Shown here: positions 57,601 to 64,000 of the stretch, piece after piece
How the letters are laid out: the number at the start of each line of letters is the position of its first letter
Position numbering within the stretch: the stretch's first letter is position 1
Virus record (IMG/VR): IMGVR_UViG_3300033072_001097
Coordinates: 28,537 to 92,536 of that record
DNA length: 64,000 nucleotides
Reading direction: 5' to 3' (one strand)
Source: a virus
Lineage: Duplodnaviria > Caudoviricetes
The notes under the pieces: generated by a model
What the model saw: only the letters and a program-made list of their open reading frames with translations
Databases searched by the model: none
What the model was told of the DNA's origin: nothing
Made by a program: the position numbers and the translations under genes

Positions 57601-60600
57601 GTCTGAGTCCTTCTACATCGCCAAGTTTGAGTCCTTCGGCGAGCCCCAGTACTTCTCCAAGTGCTAGCCCGAGTCTAAGTCCTTCAGCCAGCATATCACC
57701 TTCTGCTAGCCCCAGTACTTCTCCAAGTGCTAGTCCGAGTTTAAGTCCTTCAGCCAGCATATCACCTTCAGTTAGCCCAAGTGCGTCACCAAGCACTAGT
57801 CCGAGCCTCAGCCCGTCGGCGAGTCTCAGCCCGTCTGCGAGTCCGAGTGCTAAACCTTCTGTTAGTCCTAGTACTTCGCCTTCGGCTAGTCCTTCATTAA
57901 GTCCTTCTGCTAGCGTTAGTCCTTCAGTTAGTCCGAGTGCATCACCTTCCACCAGCCCGAGTGTCTCACCGAGTCGTAGCCCTAGTGTCAGTCCATCTGC
58001 GAGTCCTTCACTAAGTCCGTCGGCTAGTGTTTCACCTTCTGCTAGTCCGAGTCCTGGCAGTCCTAGCCTAAGCCCCAGCGGCAGCGCTTCGTTAAGTCCA
58101 TCAGCTAGTTTATCTCCTTCTGCGAGTCCTTCAGCTAGCCCTAGTCTTTCACCGTCTGCTAGCCCCAGCGTCAGTCCATCTACTAGTCCTAGTGTTTCTC
58201 CCTCTCGCAGTCCTAGTGCTTCCCCTTCGGCTAGTCCTAGTGTTCCACCAATAAATGATTACCCAGAACTGATATTACACGGTTTTGGTGATATCGGCGG
58301 GTATGGTGATACTAGGTATTTGGTCTTACATGGATGGACTATTTGGGGATATAGCGCTTCGCCTTCTGCCTCACCTTCTGCATCGCCATCCGTTAGTCCG
58401 TCATTGAGTCCTTCGGCGAGTGCCAGTCCTTCTGTTAGCCCGAGCCTCAGTCCTTCCGCGAGTGTCAGTCCTTCGGCGAGTCCGAGTGCTTCGCCTTCGG
58501 CTAGCCCTTCGCTTAGTCCTTCGGCCAGTGTCAGTCCGAGTGCTTCACCTTCGGTTAGTCCTAGTCGTAGTCCGAGCACATCTCCGTCAGTTAGTCCTAG
58601 TTTAAGTCCTTCCGCCAGTGCAAGCCCGAGTGTTTCTCCTTCGGCGAGTCCGAGTGCTTCGCCTTCGGCCAGTCCCAGCCGTAGTCCGAGCACTTCACCT
58701 TCGGCTAGTCCTTCGCTTTCTCCGTCAGCTAGTCTCAGCCCCAGTACTTCACCATCTGCTAGTCCTAGTTTGAGTCCTTCGGCTAGTGCTAGTCCTTCAG
58801 CTAGCCCGAGTGCCTCTCCGAGTCGTAGTCCTAGCGCTTCGCCATCAGCTAGCCCTAGTTTGAGTCCTTCGGCTAGTGCTAGTCCTTCAACTAGTCCTAG
58901 TGCGTCACCCTCAATTAGCCCCTCGTTGAGCCCGTCAGCCAGTGCAAGTCCTTCGGCGAGTCCTTCGGCGAGTCCGAGTGCTTCGCCATCACTTAGCCCA
59001 TCAGCTAGTATTAGTCCTTCTGTTAGCCCTAGTATTTCGCCTTCTGTTAGCCCTAGTATTTCGCCTTCTGTTAGCCCTAGCACTTCACCATCGCTCAGTC
59101 CTAGTACTTCACCATCGCTTAGCCCATCAGCTAGTGTTAGTCCCTCGGCGAGCCCTAGCGCTTCACCCAGTCGCAGTCCTAGTGTCTCTTCTTCAGCTAG
59201 CCCGAGTGCCTCACCATCCGTTAGCCCAAGTTTAAGTCCTTCCGCTAGTATCAGTCCTTCGGCGAGTCCGAGTGCCTCCCCGAGTCGTAGTCCTAGCGTT
59301 TCGCCTTCAACCAGCCCCAGTTTGAGCCCATCGGCTAGCATCAGTCCTTCGCAGAGTCCTAGCGCTTCGCCAAGTGCCAGTCCTTCGCTGTCTCCGTCGG
59401 CTAGTATCAGCCCTTCGGCTAGTCCGAGCGTCTCGCCATCAGCAAGCCCGAGTCGCAGTCCTTCAGCTAGTCCTAGTGCTTCGCCATCAGTGAGTCCGAG
59501 TCACAGTCCTTCAGCTAGCCCTAGTGTTTCACCATCTGTAAGTCCTTCGGCTAGTATCAGCCCCAGTCGCAGTCCTAGTGTTTCACCATCTGTAAGTCCT
59601 TCGGCTAGTCCGAGCGTCTCGCCATCAGCAAGTCCGAGTCGCAGTCCTTCAGCTAGCCCGAGTGCGAGCCCATCAGCTAGTATTTCTCCTTCAGCTAGTC
59701 CTTCGGCCAGTCCTTCGGCATCCCTATCACCTTCTGCGTCACCATCCGTTTCTCCATCAACCGGATTTAGTCCTTCAGCGAGTGTTTCACCGTCCGCTAG
59801 TCCTAGTGCTTCACCATCTAGAAGCCCATCTGCTAGTGTTAGTCCGTCCCGTAGCCCCAGCGCCTCGCCGAGTCGGAGCCCCAGCGCCTCACCAAGCGTG
59901 AGTCCTTCAGCGAGTGCTTCGCCATCCGCCAGCCCCAGTATTTCACCAAGTTTGTCGCCTTCGGCTAGTATTAGTCCGTCGCGGAGCCCCAGTGCCTCGC
60001 CAAGTATTAGCCCATCGGCAAGTGCTTCGCCTTCTATAAGTCCTTCTGCAAGTCCAAGTAGAAGTCCTTCTGCCAGCCCTTCGGCGAGCCCTTCCGTTAG
60101 CCCGAGTGCGAGTCGCAGCCCCTCGGCGAGCCCAAGTGCCTCTCCTTCGGAAAGTCCATCCCGAAGCCCGTCCGTTAGTCCTTCGGCCAGTCCTAGTGCT
60201 TCGCCTTCAGTAAGTCCTTCCCGCAGCCCATCCGTCAGTCCCTCGGTTAGTCCGAGTGCCAGCCCAAGTCTCTCCCCATCGGTATCAATATCACCATCCC
60301 GTAGTCCATCGGTCAGTCCCTCCGTTAGCCCTAGCCGAAGCCCTAGTGCTTCGCCTAGTCTTTCGCCGTCAGCCTCGGTTTCTCCTTCTGTTAGTCCTTC
60401 AGCCAGTCCGAGTAGGTCGCCGTCCACTAGCCCTTCATTAAGTCCTTCGGCAAGTCCTTCGGCCAGCCCGTCCGCCAGCCCTTCTATAAGCCCCAGTCGT
60501 AGTCCTAGTGTTAGTCCTTCGACCAGCCCTTCTATAAGCCCTTCTATAAGCCCCAGTCGTAGTCCTTCGGCAAGTCCTAGTGTTAGTCCTTCAGCCAGTC

Positions 60601-60998
60601 CGAGTCTGTCACCCTCGGCGTCTGTTTCGCCGTCCGCCAGCCCTTCGGCTAGTCCTAGCATCAGCCCATCGGCCAGCCCCAGCGAATCTCCTTCGTTGAG
60701 TCCGTCAGCCAGTGCTAGTCCTAGCGAATCGCCATCTGCTAGTCCCAGCGAATCACCTAGTACTTCGCCATCGGTATCCCCCTCTGCTAGCCTGTCACCG
60801 TCAGCTTCAGAGAGCCCGAGTGCTTCACCATCCTTGTCGCCGTCCGCTTCTATTAGCCCTAGTGCCTCACCTAGTATATCACCATCAGCGTCCGTTTCAC
60901 CATCTATATCACCGGACGCACTATTTCCAGTGGTACTATATAAAAAGGGCGGTCATATTATGACTAGGATGTTCGGAGGATTCATTGTCGACGGTTAA
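54678..60998 (+). CDS. Giant Ser-Pro-Ser-X repeat protein with beta-helix-like domain (putative glycosylated fibre/adhesin)
   Basis: 2106 aa; three SPSX blocks; a Gly/Thr/Asn-rich beta domain starting RYWV...WNN..NW...P...DDVYFD. Confidence 0.8.
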   Translation: MNYPLSYYRLTATYPRVRVRDAYPSQIKKSIIPLLGQAVPSPSASPSASPSVSPSVSPSASPSVSPSASPSLSPSASPSAAESASLSPSASPSASPSIAPPGNRYWVNDSADGLWNNKYNWATTSGGLGGDNADVPTIDDDVYFDGGDTSNCTCNVAISCKSLTVAAGYSGKLDLADSSYSHAVSGDITLDGVGEFDCGISTITTSGNFDCKDQTTFTRGNSTIVMNGSEKVLTSVSGRFFYGLTVNGNTTLAASGTQQWFGAVTIAVGVTLTVDTPTYFRSNVTVNGTLAGSSSVRYYQDMATAFTIGGSGSVTISSLTWQLAIDGTFSGLGQGTYACGTFAIETNAAAAVARFQAGSYIFTGSFSLTATSGKGVTVDCSTNNPTLEIRGSVNCENGTGSFNWTKGTGTIYLTGASNQTVNFNDLVIEDLDINKSAGTVTFAGGFTTDSLYCRSGAYAIDWGDLSSTFNVVGDATFTGAITAVDSGTGNSIYVGGNWASHGLSVGVWNDSTAALTLYMTGASNTFKAGYNKGPGRLRIQAGASITSAESSAGYYGQYLYVYGTYTANVTQSVSYATVYAGGTLTGSGSIYATGPQYSNNAGGTWSIATTTCGGYTPGSWTNGSVFSGTQFTWQSNGSSGTRTPVSATFDCNVTIQTNSGTFNISNAVNNPNWVFKKNVTISQTGTGTLTWSKGSGTITLSGSGDQTVDFDARTIEDVVINNTGGRVTFSDGFTTDSLTGTDGDCDFNGKTITVAGNVTLDKSTGFRLWDGASADQSGAVIDYDGDLTLTGVNGDLLEVYDLDFVNTVADTPTATYCSVTNSSRTGTGPDINALETAYGGTNEDNGGNTGWDFGGPSPSLSPSASISPSISPSASPSVSPSASPSASPSTSPSAAESASLSPSVSPSASPSLSPSASISPSASPSVSPSASPSTSPSTSPSLSPSASLSPSASPSASPSLSPSVSPSASPSASPSLSPSTSPSLSPSASPSTSPSASPSLSPSASISPSASPSTSPSASPSLSPSASISPSVSPSASPSTSPSLSPSASLSPSASPSAKPSVSPSTSPSASPSLSPSASVSPSVSPSASPSTSPSVSPSRSPSVSPSASPSLSPSASVSPSASPSPGSPSLSPSGSASLSPSASLSPSASPSASPSLSPSASPSVSPSTSPSVSPSRSPSASPSASPSVPPINDYPELILHGFGDIGGYGDTRYLVLHGWTIWGYSASPSASPSASPSVSPSLSPSASASPSVSPSLSPSASVSPSASPSASPSASPSLSPSASVSPSASPSVSPSRSPSTSPSVSPSLSPSASASPSVSPSASPSASPSASPSRSPSTSPSASPSLSPSASLSPSTSPSASPSLSPSASASPSASPSASPSRSPSASPSASPSLSPSASASPSTSPSASPSISPSLSPSASASPSASPSASPSASPSLSPSASISPSVSPSISPSVSPSISPSVSPSTSPSLSPSTSPSLSPSASVSPSASPSASPSRSPSVSSSASPSASPSVSPSLSPSASISPSASPSASPSRSPSVSPSTSPSLSPSASISPSQSPSASPSASPSLSPSASISPSASPSVSPSASPSRSPSASPSASPSVSPSHSPSASPSVSPSVSPSASISPSRSPSVSPSVSPSASPSVSPSASPSRSPSASPSASPSASISPSASPSASPSASLSPSASPSVSPSTGFSPSASVSPSASPSASPSRSPSASVSPSRSPSASPSRSPSASPSVSPSASASPSASPSISPSLSPSASISPSRSPSASPSISPSASASPSISPSASPSRSPSASPSASPSVSPSASRSPSASPSASPSESPSRSPSVSPSASPSASPSVSPSRSPSVSPSVSPSASPSLSPSVSISPSRSPSVSPSVSPSRSPSASPSLSPSASVSPSVSPSASPSRSPSTSPSLSPSASPSASPSASPSISPSRSPSVSPSTSPSISPSISPSRSPSASPSVSPSASPSLSPSASVSPSASPSASPSISPSASPSESPSLSPSASASPSESPSASPSESPSTSPSVSPSASLSPSASESPSASPSLSPSASISPSASPSISPSASVSPSISPDALFPVVLYKKGGHIMTRMFGGFIVDG
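54795..54972 (+). repeat. SPSX coding repeat block 1 (12-nt period, degenerate codons)
   Basis: [16 protein letters not shown]... Confidence 0.85.
57243..58245 (+). repeat. SPSX coding repeat block 2
   Basis: About 330 aa of S-P-S-[A/V/L/T/I/R]. Confidence 0.9.
58353..60914 (+). repeat. SPSX coding repeat block 3
   Basis: About 850 aa of S-P-S-[A/V/L/I/R/T/E]. Confidence 0.9.
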
Positions 60999-61033
60999 TG
61001 GCGGCAATGATATAACAAAAGAGATTATTATCC

Positions 61034-61702
61034 ATGATGAACGACATCACGATCCTTTACTATACTGCTAACAAAATTAGCGGCTTCTTTGCTAAAAATG
61101 TGCAGAAAAATATTGTTGATACTACTGGCGGAGCGCCTATAATTAGTATTTCGCAACAACCGATGGATTTTGGTCACAATATTTGTATACCAGGATTAGA
61201 AGTATCCACTTATAACATATATAAACAGATTCTAGTGGGGGCCTTAGCTGCTAAGACACCATATATTGGTTGTGCCGAAGATGATAGTCTCTACACGGAA
61301 GAACACTTCCAATTCCGTCCTCCCCTGGATACATTCGCTTATAATACCCATAGGTACCAAGTTAGTAGAGACGTTTATTTTCTGCGAATTCGTGCCAGTA
61401 TGTGTATGTGTATCGCCCCCACAGAATTATTGGTTACTACACTTTGCCAACGTTTTGCGAAATTCCCGCATTTTCTGACGCGGCAAGAATTAGATGGTTG
61501 GGGTGAACCTGGTCGCAAAGAAGCTCAACTTGGATTACCTCAGCCCAAGTTGATGGTGTATGAGACAGCTATTCCGACTCTGACGTTTAATCATCGCCAG
61601 AGCACAGGAGGGGTACGCAAAGTTCTACCATCTGACACTCTCGAGACTGAATTGCCATATTGGGGTAACGTGGTTGATCTGTGGGCCAGAGTGCATGGAT
61701 AA
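61034..61702 (+). CDS. GT-A-like glycosyltransferase
   Basis: ITILYYT, QILVGA..AKTPYIGCAEDDSLY, WGEPG. Confidence 0.55.
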   Translation: MMNDITILYYTANKISGFFAKNVQKNIVDTTGGAPIISISQQPMDFGHNICIPGLEVSTYNIYKQILVGALAAKTPYIGCAEDDSLYTEEHFQFRPPLDTFAYNTHRYQVSRDVYFLRIRASMCMCIAPTELLVTTLCQRFAKFPHFLTRQELDGWGEPGRKEAQLGLPQPKLMVYETAIPTLTFNHRQSTGGVRKVLPSDTLETELPYWGNVVDLWARVHG

Positions 61703-61725
61703 ATTTTTGATCCTCAGGAGTTAAC

Positions 61726-62307
61726 ATGTCAGTGCATGATATCATCAGGAAGAAACTAGGCGTCCAACGGATGGACAATCTCCCATTTGGTGGTGCCACG
61801 GCCACACGCGCAGCTCTGGCAGAAGTTTTTGCAGAAGCTGGTTATAAGCGCGGTGCCGAAGTTGGTGTGAGATTGGGGACATATTCTGCACTATTATGTC
61901 AATGCAACCCAGAATTACAATTATTATCCATAGATCCATATATACCATATCGTAGACATACCATAGAGTCTATGAATCACACTTACGAAAAGGCTAAAGC
62001 AAATCTGGCACCATATAATGCCACGCTCATACGAAAGACAAGCGTCGAAGCATCCAAAGACGTCCCCAATGAATCATTGGATTTCGTTTACATTGATGCC
62101 ATGCACGAATTTGATCCGGTTATCGAAGATATCATTCATTGGGTACCCAAAGTGCGGCGAGGCGGAATAGTGGCTGGACATGACTATTCATATTATTATC
62201 AAGGTGGGGTGATCTTGGCAGTCCAGGCTTACACACGTGCCCACAATATTAATCCGTGGTATACGACCTCGTGCGATAAGCTCCCGTCTTGGTTGTGGGT
62301 GCGTTGA
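61726..62307 (+). CDS. Class I SAM-dependent methyltransferase (Methyltransf_24-like), copy 1
   Basis: GAEVGVRLG, SIDPY, SLDFVYIDAMH, WVPKVRRGGIVAGHDY. Confidence 0.9.
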   Translation: MSVHDIIRKKLGVQRMDNLPFGGATATRAALAEVFAEAGYKRGAEVGVRLGTYSALLCQCNPELQLLSIDPYIPYRRHTIESMNHTYEKAKANLAPYNATLIRKTSVEASKDVPNESLDFVYIDAMHEFDPVIEDIIHWVPKVRRGGIVAGHDYSYYYQGGVILAVQAYTRAHNINPWYTTSCDKLPSWLWVR

Positions 62308-62945
62308 TGGACATACATGCCGCCATTCGTGCAAAATTCCAAGTCGAAGATGACGATAATTTGCCGTTAACCGGGCGGGTTGCTACCCGTGATAGGATGG
62401 CGGAATTATTCGCAGAATTAGGTTATTGTAAGGGTGCGGAAATCGGGGTTGGCCAGGGATTTTATAGTGAGATATTATGTAAAGCTAATCCCAATTTGTG
62501 CCTGTTAGGTATAGACCCGTGGGTCGGTATTTCAACGCCTGTGCGTCGTGCTATTCGACCAGAGAACGCCACGCAGGCTAATTTGGAGACATATGGGGAT
62601 GTCGATCCGTTATACGCTGATGCCGTACAGCGGCTAGCCCCTTATAATATTACTTTGATACGGGCTGGCAGCATAGACGCTGTACAGAACATTCCGGATG
62701 CCAGTTTAGATTTTGTGTATATTGATGCGGTACATTCTTTTGATTGGGCTATGACTGACATAGTGTATTGGGCACCCAAAGTGCGGCTCGGTGGAATTGT
62801 TTCAGGTCACGATTTTGCACATTACCATGAATACGGCGTGGTGTTTGCTGTGGAAGCGTATGTGCGGGCACATCGAATTAGTCCGTGGTATATTACTAAT
62901 TGTGATGCGGGTCCATCGTGGTTGTGGGTGAAAGAGCATAATTGA
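62307..62945 (+). CDS. Class I SAM-dependent methyltransferase, copy 2
   Basis: GAEIGVGQG, GIDPW, SLDFVYIDAVH, WAPKVRLGGIVSGHDF. Confidence 0.9.
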   Translation: MDIHAAIRAKFQVEDDDNLPLTGRVATRDRMAELFAELGYCKGAEIGVGQGFYSEILCKANPNLCLLGIDPWVGISTPVRRAIRPENATQANLETYGDVDPLYADAVQRLAPYNITLIRAGSIDAVQNIPDASLDFVYIDAVHSFDWAMTDIVYWAPKVRLGGIVSGHDFAHYHEYGVVFAVEAYVRAHRISPWYITNCDAGPSWLWVKEHN

Positions 62946-62984
62946 ATCCATGTAAATAGGGAATCATTTTAACAGGGTCATCTG

Positions 62985-63584
62985 ATGGATAAAGCGCAAA
63001 TCGACGAAAAAATCATCGCCAAACTTCGTGTGAAACGCGGCGATAATTTGCCATTTACTGGATGGAACGCATATCGTTCTGTGATCCCTGAGATTTTAGC
63101 GGAGCTGGGGCATACCAAAGGTGCCGAGATTGGCGTGGCTGAAGGATTCTTTACGGAGGCTGTTTGTAAAGCGAATCCAGAATTAGAGATGCTGTGCGTA
63201 GACCCATGGCAGGGTTGCATCGGCTATTCTTCATCCAAGATGGCGAGAATTCATCGGTCTGCTATGGCACGACTGGCTAATTGTAAAGCCACTATCATGC
63301 GGATGTCTAGTTCGGAGGCCGCACAACAGATTTCAAATTGTTCGCTGGATTTCGTATACATTGACGCTTTGCACGATTTTGATAGTGTTATTCGTGACCT
63401 CATTTATTGGGTCCCGAAAGTGCGGTCTGGTGGGATTGTAGCTGGAGGAGCCTTTGATAATGTGTCACGTGGTGGGAATGGAGTGATCTATGCCGTGGAA
63501 GCTTATGCCACCGCTCACAATATTCTTCCTTGGTACGTTACACATCTAGATGTTAGTCCATCTTGGTTGTGGGTGCGCGGATGA
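62985..63584 (+). CDS. Class I SAM-dependent methyltransferase, copy 3
   Basis: GAEIGVAEG, CVDPW, SLDFVYIDALH; the HD motif is replaced (AGGAF). Confidence 0.88.
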   Translation: MDKAQIDEKIIAKLRVKRGDNLPFTGWNAYRSVIPEILAELGHTKGAEIGVAEGFFTEAVCKANPELEMLCVDPWQGCIGYSSSKMARIHRSAMARLANCKATIMRMSSSEAAQQISNCSLDFVYIDALHDFDSVIRDLIYWVPKVRSGGIVAGGAFDNVSRGGNGVIYAVEAYATAHNILPWYVTHLDVSPSWLWVRG

Positions 63585-64000
63585 TCCATTTCGTTATAGT
63601 GAATATCAATGGCTTGCGTTTCACGCGGCCTCTCTCACAGGATTTGCTTAACCAGACGAAATTTTGGCGTGCTACTTTATTAGATCAGGCATCCACCGAG
63701 CCGGGTACCGCAGAATTTTTAGCAACTTTGAATTATCCGTTTGACGTGATCCGGAATGCTGTACCACTGGATTTGAATAGGATTTGGGATTGGCATTATC
63801 GTATGTCTCAATGCCCTTATCTCTGCTTCTTGAATAATGATGTGCGTATTCCATCGAATTTTGTGGCTGACACCGAGGCGATTTTCGAATTAGAACCGTC
63901 TGTGGGGTGTGTGATACATAGCACTAATCATCCTGATTACCAGGATGTGTCGCCAGTTTTGCGATATGAGGTGATGAACGATCGCATTGCGCAGGGTTGG
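63581..64000 (+). CDS. GT2 glycosyltransferase (runs off the window end)
   Basis: MIHFVIVNIN..., LLDQASTE, YLCFLNNDV; no stop before 64000. Confidence 0.75.
   Translation, partial: MIHFVIVNINGLRFTRPLSQDLLNQTKFWRATLLDQASTEPGTAEFLATLNYPFDVIRNAVPLDLNRIWDWHYRMSQCPYLCFLNNDVRIPSNFVADTEAIFELEPSVGCVIHSTNHPDYQDVSPVLRYEVMNDRIAQGW

Noticed and set aside
57188-60661. Long minus-strand ORFs with LGLAEG repeats
   Set aside because: These are antisense shadows of the SPSX codon repeat.
54795-60914. CRISPR array or non-coding satellite
   Set aside because: The repeats have a 12-nt period, are degenerate at synonymous positions and stay in frame in one ORF; there is no repeat-spacer structure and no cas gene.
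1-64000. Stop-codon reassignment
   Set aside because: Conserved genes (recA, ligA, gmd, helicase) are full length in code 11, and TAA, TAG and TGA all end well-supported genes.
1-64000. Cellular chromosome segment
   Set aside because: Despite dnaE, recA, ligA, groES and gmd, there are no typical bacterial operons, while T4-like SSB/helicase/UvsY, homing endonucleases and many orphan ORFs fit a large phage. No capsid or terminase gene is in the window, so this remains an inference.

Overview
This window looks like part of a large (jumbo-type) dsDNA bacteriophage genome using the standard genetic code: genes are dense and overlapping, and there are no rRNA, ribosomal-protein or host metabolic operons. 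Replication, recombination and repair genes include a family C polymerase (DnaE) split over two genes with no intein, a minimal family A polymerase, a stand-alone 5'-3' flap nuclease, RecA, a DnaB/gp41-like helicase, a gp32-like SSB, a UvsY-like mediator, a resolvase-like nuclease, a family 4 UDG and an NAD-dependent ligase. Also present are an actin-fold ATPase, GroES, an orphan N6-MTase/TRD fusion and a macrodomain protein. An unusually large glycan-modification set (about 10 glycosyltransferases, Gmd, a sulfotransferase, three tandem methyltransferases) accompanies a 2106-aa Ser-Pro-Ser-X repeat protein. Top findings: (1) two tandem, circularly permuted tRNA-like RNA modules (YrlA/Y-RNA-like architecture) directly behind an uncharacterised 248-aa protein gene, with no Ro60/TROVE gene in the window; (2) a separate atypical tRNA-like RNA upstream of the ligase; (3) a radical SAM/SPASM gene, Cys-rich peptide, ligase-like gene and GTs forming a RiPP-like operon; (4) DnaE split through its active site; (5) a LAGLIDADG insertion that displaced and replaced the 5' end of gmd; (6) an intein in a glycosyltransferase. 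All calls come from motif reading by eye; no searches or folding were run. Several start codons were moved from the ORF track to better-supported starts.
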